Source: a virus. Taken from it: a stretch of DNA of 64,000 nt. Location of the stretch: positions 1 through 64,000 of the IMG/VR virus record IMGVR_UViG_3300032308_002246. The stretch is one strand, 5' to 3'. Every line of letters starts with the position of its first letter. Positions within the stretch are counted from its first letter, which is position 1. The position numbers were made by a program, and so were the translations under genes. This document shows positions 27,461-37,477 of this stretch, in pieces. Below the pieces are notes generated by a model. That model worked only from the letters and a program-made list of their open reading frames with translations, did not search any database and had not been told where the DNA came from.

Positions 27461-27755
27461 TGAGTCAAGTGCTGCAGAGAGCATCTACGAGAACAAGAAG
27501 ATGCGTATGTGTGTTTACTGCGGATTGATTTTCAAACAACGACGCATGAGTGCGTTCTCGGTTGACGATGTGATGATGCACAACTCTGTCATGTTTGACG
27601 ATGTAAATGAGTTAGCGACTTTGCTACTTGAACTAACCTCCCGTGGAGTGTTTGAGCAAGTAGACAAAGCCGGATTAACTAAATGGCGTCTCTCATCTTT
27701 TGGTATGCGTGTAGCTCCCTTTCTGGGTGCACACGAAATGGCTAACTTAAGTTAG
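27444..27755 (+). CDS. winged-helix-like protein
   Basis: LLLELTSRGVFEQ...WRLSSFG. Confidence 0.5.
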   Translation: MNRWIDESSAAESIYENKKMRMCVYCGLIFKQRRMSAFSVDDVMMHNSVMFDDVNELATLLLELTSRGVFEQVDKAGLTKWRLSSFGMRVAPFLGAHEMANLS

Positions 27756-27988
27756 CTTCTAAACCACTTTGTGAGTCTGCCGAAGAACGAAGTCTTCGTA
27801 ATTGCATTGCGTACGTCCTTGAGCTCTTCAACAACAGCCTGGAATTCCTTCAAGTCTGCTTGTGTTGGAGTTGGGATTTCTGCAAGCTTCTCTTGAACTG
27901 GCTTCTTCTTAGGAGCGGCCTTCTTCGGAGCAGCTTTCTTTGCAGCTACTGGCTTCTTCTTACTTGGTGCTTTCTTTTTCTGTGTCAT
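27752..27988 (-). CDS. Lys/Ala/Pro-rich histone-H1-like protein (leaderless)
   Basis: KKKAPSKKKPVAAKKAAPKKAAPKKKP; TAAGAT-N6-ATG. Confidence 0.7.
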   Translation of the reverse strand: MTQKKKAPSKKKPVAAKKAAPKKAAPKKKPVQEKLAEIPTPTQADLKEFQAVVEELKDVRNAITKTSFFGRLTKWFRS

Positions 27989-28066
27989 GGGGAAATCTTA
28001 GTCAAGGGATATTGGTCTGTAGGGGAACTGCTACCCGTGTCGGTTTCTAGGCTCTAGCATTGGTTC

Positions 28067-28708
28067 GTGGATAACGATTACGACAGCAGAATGCTCAAAT
28101 TGGCCATGGTCCTAGCCACTGCTGTAGAAGCCAAGAACGAAATGGTATCTGAGGGTGGCATAGGCGAGGACATAAACCAAGTCCTCTATGGCTGGCGTGG
28201 GAGCTCTCTAAGCGTTGTATCGCAGATGACAGACGCAGTACAGCGTAAGACGCCATATGAGCGCTTTATGGCTGTCTCAGACGCAGTAGCCATACTTAGG
28301 CAGGGCTGGGGCGTAGATGCTATCTCAATGGTCGCTGAGGGCTATGTCAGTTCTAGTCCGGCAGATACAGACGGTAAGAGCCTCGCCACAGAGTTCGCTA
28401 TAGGTAATAGGGCAGTGAACGAGTGCATAACAGTCACCCATGTCGTAAAAGACGAAGTCTCATTTGTCAGTAAGGGATACTCCTATGATGTGCCAAGAAA
28501 AGTCATATGGCACGAGGAAGTGTTCGTACCAGGCAGAATGATGGTGCGCAACGAGGAGAGTATGTATCCACTCCTATTTCATACTGCGCTGAAGTTGCCT
28601 TATGACCAACCAGATGATGAGGTGATGTGGCTTGCTTCAGATGACTACTACGGCGCACTTGTATTCGGACTGCTCGCTAATGGCTTTTCGACTAGGTCCT
28701 TCGTCTAG
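28067..28708 (+). CDS. hypothetical protein (leaderless)
   Basis: TAGCAT-N6-GTG; 213 aa. Confidence 0.75.
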   Translation: MDNDYDSRMLKLAMVLATAVEAKNEMVSEGGIGEDINQVLYGWRGSSLSVVSQMTDAVQRKTPYERFMAVSDAVAILRQGWGVDAISMVAEGYVSSSPADTDGKSLATEFAIGNRAVNECITVTHVVKDEVSFVSKGYSYDVPRKVIWHEEVFVPGRMMVRNEESMYPLLFHTALKLPYDQPDDEVMWLASDDYYGALVFGLLANGFSTRSFV

Positions 28709-28956
28709 CCCATAGCACTTACACAAGAACGCTAAGCCATTTGATATTGTGACTTTGTTGGCAAGGTTTTCATTTCCTTTTCTCCTTGCCAATGCTTCGT
28801 GTGGCGCTTTATAGTGACAACCAAGCGACGGCAGGCGTTCGGGGTGGTGCGCCTGCCGTCAAGGTTTTGCTACTGCTATGGCCATAGTGGTAGCGAATTT
28901 CTAACCCGTAAGCATTTTAGAGAGAGTGCCACCTATGACACTCTCTCTAATTGCTA

Positions 28957-29199
28957 CTACTTGCTACTAGGCAGGTATATCTGTTGGCTAGGCATAATCA
29001 GACTGCCATAAGTCTCATAGGTATCGTCTATGGCTCGGCGTGTATTGCCTTCGCATAGGGCGTGTACGAGGCTTGTAATCGTGTCACCTTGCGAAACTAT
29101 TATGCCTTGACTAGGGCAAGTGTATCCACTCTCTCTAGTAAAGGAATAGATACCTAGTCCTAATCCTATTGCTATGAATACTGCCATTACTCTTTTCAT
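28957..29199 (-). CDS. membrane-anchored LysM-like protein
   Basis: N-terminal TM segment; IVSQGDTITSL...LIMPSQQIYLP; TTGACT-N17-TAAGGT promoter. Confidence 0.7.
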   Translation of the reverse strand: MKRVMAVFIAIGLGLGIYSFTRESGYTCPSQGIIVSQGDTITSLVHALCEGNTRRAIDDTYETYGSLIMPSQQIYLPSSK

Positions 29200-29320
29200 T
29201 GTGTATCTCCTTGTTGGTTGCTTATGAATAGACCTTAGGGCATAGGTGGCACAAAGTCAAGCATTGTCTCTCTGTCTGTGTCTTTGTCTGTCAAGGGTGG
29301 ATAGGTAGCCCATAGCGATA

Positions 29321-29382
29321 TGGCAAGGCATAGGGCGAGGCACAAGGCAAGGCATAGGGCAAGGCATAGGGCAAGGCATACG
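29321..29382. repeat. imperfect tandem GGCAAGGCATAG repeats
   Basis: About four copies visible. Confidence 0.8.
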
Positions 29383-29386
29383 ATAC

Positions 29387-29428
29387 AAAAAAAATAGCCA
29401 CCTAGCGAGGGGTGCTAGGTGGCTATTT
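29387..29428 (-). terminator. intrinsic terminator
   Basis: AATAGCCACCTAGC/GCTAGGTGGCTATT stem followed by a T-run on the minus strand. Confidence 0.8.
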
Positions 29429-29437
29429 ACTACTTGA

Positions 29438-29638
29438 CTACTTGCTAAGCAGACGGCTCCACTCTGTCGCTACTTGCTCGGCTTGTGTCTCGCTAAGGCA
29501 AGGAATTGAGTATTGTAAACTGTCTGAACTGTCACCAGTTGGGCTTGCTATCCAAATATGGACTTCGTTGCCAGTTGCGTAAACTGCCGTTGGTAGTCCT
29601 TTTACTCTTACCTTTGTTTCTGCCATTTTGTAATTCAT
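29438..29638 (-). CDS. hypothetical early protein
   Basis: AAGGA SD; SPTGDSSDS motif; driven by TTGACA-N17-TATACT. Confidence 0.7.
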   Translation of the reverse strand: MNYKMAETKVRVKGLPTAVYATGNEVHIWIASPTGDSSDSLQYSIPCLSETQAEQVATEWSRLLSK

Positions 29639-29681
29639 ATCTATTCCTTTGTTTTGGTAGGGCTTGTGCCTTACAAATATC

Positions 29682-29710
29682 AGTATAGGGGTACTTGTGG
29701 GATATGTCAA
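29682..29710 (-). promoter_or_regulatory. near-consensus sigma70 promoter
   Basis: TTGACA-TATCCCACAAGTACCCC-TATACT. Confidence 0.8.
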
Positions 29711-29775
29711 ATCATATCTAAAAATTCTTTAGATATATCACAAGGGGTATTTGTGGCACTAGATACCTATATATA

Positions 29776-29890
29776 GAGACAAGTCAAGCGACAAGGTGAC
29801 AAGCGATTAGAGAGACAAGGCGAGACACAAGGCGAGGGGCTAGGTGACAAGTGATTAGGTGGCAAGGCAAGCGACAAGGTGACAAGGCAA
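29776..29890. repeat. GACAAG/GGCAAG short-repeat tract
   Basis: Many CAAG-centred hexamers in direct orientation. Confidence 0.7.
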
Positions 29891-30103
29891 CTGCCTATGC
29901 CATAAATAGTGACTATCGCTCGAACTTTTTGAGAAACGCAGAAGTGTGTGTGTAGCTATACGACAGTGTTTGAAGCCGCTATTCCCACATAGATTTATCT
30001 GAACGTGGGCGCAGTTCGATGTTCCGGGTAATCCTCATGCCGGCTATCAAAATTCCTAGAATAGTTGCGGCCAATAGAGCTACATCAATGAATTTACTTC
30101 GGT

Positions 30104-30538
30104 TCACTTTACGAACTTCTCCTGTATACCTGGAATGCGCTTATCTTTTACAGAGACGATTGCTTTGTTGATGATGTTCTCTGCTTTTATTAGGGGGGAG
30201 TCTGTTGTAACGATGTATGCAGGTACATCAAACATCTCTGTTTCATTAACAGTTGCAATACCTTCTTCTACAAGCTTGTTGACATCTACTTCAACACAAA
30301 TAGCTTCTGTGAATGTCACATATACCGGCATCTCGTATTTACGTCCGTTGACATCTGCTTCCTGGAATCCAACTAATCTCTTGCCATCAAAAACAGCAAC
30401 CATCACAGCTGCGTCATATTCGTTCCCAAACATCGTCAAGAAGTATTTGCCGTTGTCTTCGTTGAACTCTGTTATCCCATCCTGCTCGATTCCCTCGATT
30501 AGGTCCGGGTAAGTTGCTAGCCAGTACTGATTTGTCAT
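30104..30538 (-). CDS. hypothetical protein (leaderless)
   Basis: TATATT-N6-ATG. Confidence 0.75.
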   Translation of the reverse strand: MTNQYWLATYPDLIEGIEQDGITEFNEDNGKYFLTMFGNEYDAAVMVAVFDGKRLVGFQEADVNGRKYEMPVYVTFTEAICVEVDVNKLVEEGIATVNETEMFDVPAYIVTTDSPLIKAENIINKAIVSVKDKRIPGIQEKFVK

Positions 30539-30798
30539 AGCCCTAATATATAGCAGGCTTCAACCTATTTGAAATAGATTTATCTGAAAAACAGGGGCCT
30601 AGAAAAAATTTTTGCGAAGGACAGTTCCCTTTTTCTATATAGGTATGCCGTATGGCTAGTTCCGACTTTTGGGGCTCCCCGTATTTTGAGCAGTCTGGCA
30701 AACCCGGATTAATTTATCTGACATTGATTTGGGTGGGGCCGCCGTTTTTCCGGCTAGTGATTTTTGGGCTATTCCGAAGCTGGTGGTAGTATCTTTAT

Positions 30799-31131
30799 GT
30801 GAGCGATTCCTTTTATTCATCAAACTTCAGTATTTTTTCTAAGACTGATGAAACTGCTGACGGAATCCAAATCCTAAGAGCTGACAGGTCTCCTTGTATT
30901 GTCTGTGGCCATCCAACTGGCGACTGTTCTCCTGGGTCTCATGAGAAGATTGAAATTGCATTTGCAACTCAGACTCTTGAGTCTTTTAAAGACATTCAGA
31001 AAATACTAGTCGAAGAAACAGTTTACGAAAACCGGCAAATAACACCGTTCACAACCGCACGTGTGATTATTGCAAAAAAAGGTTCTTATATCACAGTTGA
31101 GCGTGCAAAAGAACTTGGAATTATTCCATAA
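30799..31131 (+). CDS. hypothetical protein with CxxCGHPTGDC motif (leaderless)
   Basis: TAGTAT-N6-GTG. Confidence 0.75.
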   Translation: MSDSFYSSNFSIFSKTDETADGIQILRADRSPCIVCGHPTGDCSPGSHEKIEIAFATQTLESFKDIQKILVEETVYENRQITPFTTARVIIAKKGSYITVERAKELGIIP

Positions 31132-31195
31132 ATTGACAACTGCTTCTGCCTGAGTCGGTGTATCATCGTTCCCCTAACAACCAGAGGGGCACCTA

Positions 31196-33124
31196 ATGTC
31201 AATTTTTTCCGAAGAATTTCTTTTGTCGTACAAGACCAAAACACCACCATGGGGTTTTGGCGGACTTGGTGAGGTTGTTTACCTCCGAACATATAGTCGC
31301 ACGATTGAGGAGCTCGGACGAAACGAGACTTGGGTAGAGACAGTCACACGCGTGATTGATGGAGCGATTGAAATTGGCGTTCCGTACACCAAGGCGGAAG
31401 CCGAAGAGCTCTTTGACCACATGTTCAATCTTCGCTGCTCATTTTCCGGTCGTGCTTTATGGCAACTCGGAACACCACTCGTCAAGAAGTTCAGTGGCTC
31501 GTCTCTTAACAACTGCTACTTCACCAACATTGAAAAGATTGAAGACTTTGAGCTTCTTTTTGAATACTTGATGCTCGGTGGTGGCGTTGGCTTCTCGGTA
31601 GAGCGCTCAAAGATTCACGACTTGCCAAAGGTTAAGGCTGGCGTTTCTATCGTTCATGAACGCTCAAATGATGCAGACATCATCGTCCCTGACTCACGCC
31701 AGGGCTGGAAGCGTCTACTCCATGCAGTGTTGAAGTCATACTTTGACACTGGCAAGTCTTTTTCTTACTCAACAATCCTTATTCGTGAGTATGGCGCACC
31801 TCTTAAGACATTCGGTGGAACGGCATCAGGACCAGGCGCACTCATCGAAGGAATTACAGACATTTGCAAGGTGATGCAGAATCGCGAGGGCAAGAAGCTT
31901 CGCTCAATTGATGTGCTTGATATTTGCAACATCATTGGCCGAATTGTTGTTTCTGGTTCGTCGCGTCGCTCAGCACAGATTGCAATCGGAGACCCAGACG
32001 ATGTTCTTTTCATTCGTGCAAAGAATTGGGCTTCAGGAAATGTTCCTGCATGGCGCGCTAACTCAAACAACTCTATCTACGCAGATGCTTACGAAGAAAT
32101 CATGTCAGAACTTTGGAAAGGCTATGACGGAACGGGTGAGCCTTACGGTTTGGTAAACCGAAAGCTTGCACGCCAATATGGTCGTCTTGGTGAGAAGCGT
32201 CCAGACCCAACAATCGAGGGCTTTAATCCATGTGCTGAAATTGCACTTGGCGACGGCGAGTCTTGCAACCTTTCAACAATCTTCCTTCCAAACATTGAGT
32301 CAGAAGAACAGCTTCACTCCGTGTCAAAGCTTCTCTACATGACACAGAAGCACATTACGCGAATGAACTATCCGTACGAGAAGACGGTAACCATGGTTAC
32401 AAAGAACGCACGTCTCGGACAGAGTGTCACCGGAGTTCTTCAGTGTTCAGAAGAACAAATTAGCTGGTTGTCTGGTGGTTACGATTACCTGCGTTCCGTG
32501 GACGCAGCCTATTCGTCCGAGCATGATTTTCCTGAGTCGGTGCGTTTGACAACGGTTCAGCCATCAGGAACTCTCTCGTTGCTCCCAGGTGTTACCCCTG
32601 GAATCCATCCAGCATTCGCTCCGTACTACATCCGCCGTGTGCGCTTTGGCTCATCCGACCCACTAGTTGACGCTTGTCGCAAGCGTGGCTACAAGGTTGT
32701 TTGGGATATCGGTATTGACGGTCGTGAAGACCATACCCGATATGTGGTTGAGTTCCCTTGCAAGTCGCCAGAAACAGCTGTCCTTGCCTCTGCTATGACC
32801 GCAATCGAGCAACTTGAGTGGGTAAAGAAAATGCAGACAATTTGGGCAGACAACGCTGTTTCAGTCACGGTTTACTACCGCAAAGAAGAGCTTGAATCAA
32901 TCAAGGATTGGCTCTCAAAGAACTACGACAAGGGCGTAAAGTCCGTTTCATTCCTTCTCCACACGGACCACAACTTCCCGTTGCCTCCGTATGAAGAGGT
33001 GTCCAAAGAGGCTTACGAGAAGCTCATTTCAAAAATTGACTTCTTAGTACCCCTCCAAGACGCAGCTTTTGGAGATGCGTTGGCCCTGGATGACTGCTCA
33101 ACAGGTGCCTGCCCAATCAAGTAG
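31196..33124 (+). CDS. nrdJ: class II (adenosylcobalamin-dependent) ribonucleotide reductase, monomeric RTPR type
   Basis: YLRTYSR, GRALW, LNNC, RRSAQI, NPCAEI, TTVQPSGT; C-terminal CSTGACPIK. Confidence 0.95.
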   Translation: MSIFSEEFLLSYKTKTPPWGFGGLGEVVYLRTYSRTIEELGRNETWVETVTRVIDGAIEIGVPYTKAEAEELFDHMFNLRCSFSGRALWQLGTPLVKKFSGSSLNNCYFTNIEKIEDFELLFEYLMLGGGVGFSVERSKIHDLPKVKAGVSIVHERSNDADIIVPDSRQGWKRLLHAVLKSYFDTGKSFSYSTILIREYGAPLKTFGGTASGPGALIEGITDICKVMQNREGKKLRSIDVLDICNIIGRIVVSGSSRRSAQIAIGDPDDVLFIRAKNWASGNVPAWRANSNNSIYADAYEEIMSELWKGYDGTGEPYGLVNRKLARQYGRLGEKRPDPTIEGFNPCAEIALGDGESCNLSTIFLPNIESEEQLHSVSKLLYMTQKHITRMNYPYEKTVTMVTKNARLGQSVTGVLQCSEEQISWLSGGYDYLRSVDAAYSSEHDFPESVRLTTVQPSGTLSLLPGVTPGIHPAFAPYYIRRVRFGSSDPLVDACRKRGYKVVWDIGIDGREDHTRYVVEFPCKSPETAVLASAMTAIEQLEWVKKMQTIWADNAVSVTVYYRKEELESIKDWLSKNYDKGVKSVSFLLHTDHNFPLPPYEEVSKEAYEKLISKIDFLVPLQDAAFGDALALDDCSTGACPIK

Positions 33125-33173
33125 CTCTTGAATTTTTGAATATTTGCGCCTAGTGTTTAGGCATGGGGCACAA

Positions 33174-33296
33174 ATGAAAAAACTGGTTAAAAAGACTGTA
33201 CAGATTGAGCGTACGCCCCTGCACGGACAAGAGGATATTTCGTATTGGGAAGAAGTTGAAGAAGACGAACCAAAAGACGAAGAAGAGACTTCTTAA
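33174..33296 (+). CDS. 40-aa protein with acidic tail (not in the ORF track)
   Basis: MKKLVKKTVQIERTPLHGQEDISYWEEVEEDEPKDEEETS. Confidence 0.5.
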   Translation: MKKLVKKTVQIERTPLHGQEDISYWEEVEEDEPKDEEETS

Positions 33297-33333
33297 ATAC
33301 GTTGGTGTAGTATTCCAATAGGAGGAAAAGCTG

Positions 33334-34215
33334 ATGGACTTTGAATACGAAGAAATTTACGACTTTATATTCGTTTATAAAAAGCTACTCCCAAATCATC
33401 AAGAGATATATCGCTCACTCAGAGAGAGCAAGGATAGAAACTCTGATAAAAACTTTTATGCCAATTGGACACCTTGGTACACATTTGGCTTTATGGCTTT
33501 GATTCAAGAGGGCAACGGTGACCCAGAGATTTCAAACTTTGAAAGACAGTGTTACCGTGAAACAACACATGCCATCCATGAGGCAATGCGGCACTACCAG
33601 AGAGTAAACGGGATATCAGACCCAAACACGGGTAATGAGCTTCCACTTCTTACAATGCCTGGTCCATGTACATACAAAGAACACTCATCTGACGGCAATA
33701 GCAATGACCCAAAAGCCATGAGTTATCACGTTGACTTCATTCCGGAAACAGTAAATTTTCCAGGAGAAAAGTTCATGATTACATCATGCACCTACCCAAA
33801 TGATGACTACGAGGGTGGCGAGATAGAGTTTTGGGCTGATGGTAAGGCAATAAGGTACAAGCCAAAAGCTGGCGAAATACTCGTTTTCCCTTCTGGTAAC
33901 CCATTATTCCCCGGAGACGGTCGACCATACTTTCACTCGGTATGCGCAACAGGCAGTGGTGAAAAATATCTATTTAGAGCATTTGGCAAATACGAGGACC
34001 CAGTCACACCAGAATGGGAATCTGGTGTTGAAAAACACGGTGAAGAACAATGGAAAAAAATGGTTTGCGGAAATGATAAAAATGCAAAAGATGTTTATTC
34101 AAAAGCCGGACCTGCATTGATGATGTTTGATAAAGGCGTTCCTTCTATTTCACAAGAGCTATTCAAGGCATATAACAGCAATATGGCCGGCGAATACAAA
34201 GTCAGGGGTGCATGA
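33334..34215 (+). CDS. Fe(II)/2OG oxygenase (prolyl-4-hydroxylase-like)
   Basis: YHVD...YPNDDYEGGEI...KPKAG.ILVFPS...YFHSV. Confidence 0.88.
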   Translation: MDFEYEEIYDFIFVYKKLLPNHQEIYRSLRESKDRNSDKNFYANWTPWYTFGFMALIQEGNGDPEISNFERQCYRETTHAIHEAMRHYQRVNGISDPNTGNELPLLTMPGPCTYKEHSSDGNSNDPKAMSYHVDFIPETVNFPGEKFMITSCTYPNDDYEGGEIEFWADGKAIRYKPKAGEILVFPSGNPLFPGDGRPYFHSVCATGSGEKYLFRAFGKYEDPVTPEWESGVEKHGEEQWKKMVCGNDKNAKDVYSKAGPALMMFDKGVPSISQELFKAYNSNMAGEYKVRGA

Positions 34216-34793
34216 TGAGCTTGTACAAGGGCAAAAGCGAGCAAGAAAAATTCGCTCTAGCTATGAGCGGCCATAAAAAAGAAGGCTTCTATGTTGAACT
34301 TGGCGCATACCATTCAACAGAAGGAAGCAATACTTATCACATGGAACAAGACTATGAGTGGTCTGGTGTTTCATTTGAAATAGTTGAAGAACGAAGAAAA
34401 GAATTTGAAAAAAACAGAAAAAACCCATGCTTTGGCGATGCACTTGAATTTGATTATTTATCTTATTTCAAAGAAAACAACTTTCCTAAACAAATAGATT
34501 ATCTGCAAGTTGATATTGATGCTGGTTACGACACGAACATCAAGCCTCTAACACCATTTACAACGCTTCTTGGTTTAATCACTCTTCCTCTTACTCAGTA
34601 CAGATTTAATGTAATCGTATTTGAGCACGATGCAAATATGTACTGGAGGATGGAATCCTCTAGAGACGCACAACGAGAGATTCTAGATGGTCTTGGATAC
34701 ACACTGATTTGGAAAGAAGAGCACGAAGACTGGTGGATTGACTGTGGCGCAATTGACCACCAGCTTGCTCGAAAATACTTTTACGAAAACTGA
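34212..34793 (+). CDS. FkbM-like methyltransferase
   Basis: FYVELGA....GSNTY.ME..Y.WSGVS.E; IDYLQVDID; FEHD. Confidence 0.8.
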   Translation: MMSLYKGKSEQEKFALAMSGHKKEGFYVELGAYHSTEGSNTYHMEQDYEWSGVSFEIVEERRKEFEKNRKNPCFGDALEFDYLSYFKENNFPKQIDYLQVDIDAGYDTNIKPLTPFTTLLGLITLPLTQYRFNVIVFEHDANMYWRMESSRDAQREILDGLGYTLIWKEEHEDWWIDCGAIDHQLARKYFYEN

Positions 34794-34797
34794 TTAC

Positions 34798-35430
34798 ATG
34801 TTTGACACTCTGATAAGAACCGAGTTAGTTGACGCAGACACTCTTCTTGTTCTCAAAAAACATTGCGCTAAGTCGGATTTCTACATAAACGAATCTTACG
34901 GAGGCTTGCCAGCAGAATCAGATGTGAACAGAAATGGATTTACTGATAGGCAGATTAAAGAGCTTGGTCTACCGGCTGTCCCAAATGAGGTTTTACGTGC
35001 ACATCGTTTTATTGATATGAGCGAAGAGGTTAAATTAATTGCATCTGACATAAACAGAAAATGCAAAGAGTTAATTCTTGATGTATACGGCAAAAAACAA
35101 ACCTACATGCAGGGTGGCGATTTTGTCAGATACGGAGTTGGTCAGTCTCTTCCATATCACCAGGATTGGACATTGTCTGAATGGGTGATGAAGCACAATC
35201 TCCCAATCGTTCACTTGTCGTCTGTTTTTTACATAAATGACGACTACGAGGGAGGAGAGCTTCTGTTTTCATCTAAAAAAATGGATGGCTACGACCATGA
35301 TGTTTTATCGTTAAAGCCAAAAGCTGGAACCATCGTGTTTTTTGATGCCCTTCAGTGGCATGCGTCTTCACCAGTTGAAAACGGCTTCAAGTATGCAAGC
35401 ACCAATTTCTACACCCTAGAAGACAAGTAA
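34798..35430 (+). CDS. Fe(II)/2OG oxygenase (prolyl-4-hydroxylase-like)
   Basis: YHQD...SSVFYINDDYEGGEL...KPKAGT.VFF...WH...V..GFKY. Confidence 0.88.
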   Translation: MFDTLIRTELVDADTLLVLKKHCAKSDFYINESYGGLPAESDVNRNGFTDRQIKELGLPAVPNEVLRAHRFIDMSEEVKLIASDINRKCKELILDVYGKKQTYMQGGDFVRYGVGQSLPYHQDWTLSEWVMKHNLPIVHLSSVFYINDDYEGGELLFSSKKMDGYDHDVLSLKPKAGTIVFFDALQWHASSPVENGFKYASTNFYTLEDK

Positions 35431-35452
35431 ATACTGTTACCATTATTAGACT

Positions 35453-36562
35453 ATGACAGTCACACGCGAAACATACAAAGAGTTTATTGGCCGAGTCAGC
35501 TATGGTGATATTGACCCGATTATCAACGCCCCAGAAACAGATTTTGAAGCCATTGACCACATAGTTAAGAACGATAGCGATGTGATATTCACTTGGGACT
35601 ATTCGTTGGTCCGGCCGCAACTCCGAAAACTCTATGAAAAAGCAAAGAATAATCAGTGGAATGGAGAAACCGCACTTGACTGGTCAACAGAAGTTGATGT
35701 TGAGCGTTCTGTTGTTGAGGACTATGCGAACTTTGGCTCAAGTCGTGAGATGTCAATTTATGACGGTAGCCCAGTTGAGAAGTGGGGAGATAAGGAATGG
35801 CTTGAATTTGGTGTCAACAGCAGACGCTGGTTGGTCTCACAGTTCATCCATGGCGAGCAAGCTGCTCTTATGTGTTCCGCAAAGCTCACACAAACGTGTC
35901 CGTGGTACGACGGGAAGCTGTATGCATCGACCCAGGTAATGGATGAAGCCAGACACGTAGAAGTGTTCGCAAAATACGCAAAAGAGAAGCTCGGTGGAAC
36001 TCTGCCATTCAACTGGCACATTCAAAGCCTTGTTGACGACACTATTGCAGATAACCGATGGGATATGACATACCTTGGAATGCAAATAATGGTTGAAGGC
36101 CTTGGCCTCGCTTCAATGGCTTATATGAGAGAACTAACCAATGAGCCACTACTCAAGCAGTTACTGAGAAATGTTATGGCTGACGAAGCACGTCATATCT
36201 CGTTTGGAATTATTTCGCTAAAAGAGATTTACGCAGAAATGAGTGACTCTGAAATCATGGAGCGCCAGCAATTTGCCTACGAAGCAAGCGTAAAACTTGG
36301 TGAGCGAATGCTTCAACAGGAAGTTTACGAGAAAATGGGAGTTAAGACGAAAGACATTGCTCCATACTTATTGAAAGACCCAGCACAAGCTTGGATTCGT
36401 AAAATGTTGGCCGCAAAGATAGTCCCAAATGTAAGCAAACTTGGGTTACTTGACCGAAATGGCGCTTGGCTGCGAAAAAAGTTTGAAGAAATGGGAACCA
36501 TAGAATTTGAAACACTTGGGGATTCAGAAGAAGAGTTTGCAGCTTTCGTACACAGCTACTAA
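35453..36562 (+). CDS. ferritin-like di-iron oxygenase (AurF-like)
   Basis: SQFIHGEQ, DEARHVE, VEGLG, DEARHI di-iron ligand motifs. Confidence 0.85.
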   Translation: MTVTRETYKEFIGRVSYGDIDPIINAPETDFEAIDHIVKNDSDVIFTWDYSLVRPQLRKLYEKAKNNQWNGETALDWSTEVDVERSVVEDYANFGSSREMSIYDGSPVEKWGDKEWLEFGVNSRRWLVSQFIHGEQAALMCSAKLTQTCPWYDGKLYASTQVMDEARHVEVFAKYAKEKLGGTLPFNWHIQSLVDDTIADNRWDMTYLGMQIMVEGLGLASMAYMRELTNEPLLKQLLRNVMADEARHISFGIISLKEIYAEMSDSEIMERQQFAYEASVKLGERMLQQEVYEKMGVKTKDIAPYLLKDPAQAWIRKMLAAKIVPNVSKLGLLDRNGAWLRKKFEEMGTIEFETLGDSEEEFAAFVHSY

Positions 36563-37209
36563 TGAAAACCCCAGAAGATTTTTCAATAAATCTTGCTTAT
36601 TCTTATGAAAAGCCAGAAGACCTAGCTCGTTACTACGACGATTCTGCTAGCCAGTATGACGATTATGTAAATCAAGTCAAATACATTCTGCACCTAAAGG
36701 TTGCGGCTGAATATGTTATGAATGTTTCAAGCTGGGGAAGAATTCTTGATATTGGCTGTGGAACCGGGTTGCTTGGACAAGCGATTTCAAACATACTTCC
36801 TTCAATGCAAATTGATGGTGTTGATATTTCTACAGAGATGCTTGGGATTGCAAAAGAAAAACAGAATCAAGTACTTAATAGGCCAAGCTATAAAAATTTA
36901 TTTTTGCACGACGTATCAAAAGATTGGTCATTTACCGACACTAGGTATGATGCACTAGTTAGCTCAGGCGTATTCACTAGCGGTCACCTTATGCCAGAGG
37001 ATATTGTTTCTTCATTGAAATTGTTGCTTGGGCGAGGTCTATTCTTATCAAGCATTAAAAAAAATCACTATGAAAAATATGGTTTTGAACAAGTTATTCA
37101 GCAGTTATTTGATGATGGACACATACTAGAGCCCTCTTTTAAAGTTGTAAATTCATATGATTCCGAGTACGATGCTGAATCGGTGATTGTTGCATTTAGA
37201 AAGATATAA
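36562..37209 (+). CDS. class I SAM-dependent methyltransferase
   Basis: ILDIGCGTGLLG...GVDIS.EML. Confidence 0.9.
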   Translation: MKTPEDFSINLAYSYEKPEDLARYYDDSASQYDDYVNQVKYILHLKVAAEYVMNVSSWGRILDIGCGTGLLGQAISNILPSMQIDGVDISTEMLGIAKEKQNQVLNRPSYKNLFLHDVSKDWSFTDTRYDALVSSGVFTSGHLMPEDIVSSLKLLLGRGLFLSSIKKNHYEKYGFEQVIQQLFDDGHILEPSFKVVNSYDSEYDAESVIVAFRKI

Positions 37210-37211
37210 AA

Positions 37212-37284
<73 letters not shown>

Positions 37285-37477
37285 CTAAAAATGGAATAGA
37301 TTTATATTTCTCCTATATGTATTTTGTGTATTTTTTAGTGACTGTATTGTAGTTTTATGGGCTATGAAGACCTATATAACAGTTTGTTCGCTTGTAGTCA
37401 TAATTGGATTTTTATCAAGCTGTATGAAAATGCGGGATTAATTTGTAATCTCTTGCTGCCGTTGGTAATCTTTTGTT

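Noticed and set aside
21572-33124. Inteins or introns in the primase-helicase or nrdJ
   Set aside because: Lengths are normal and no splice-junction or homing-endonuclease motifs were seen.
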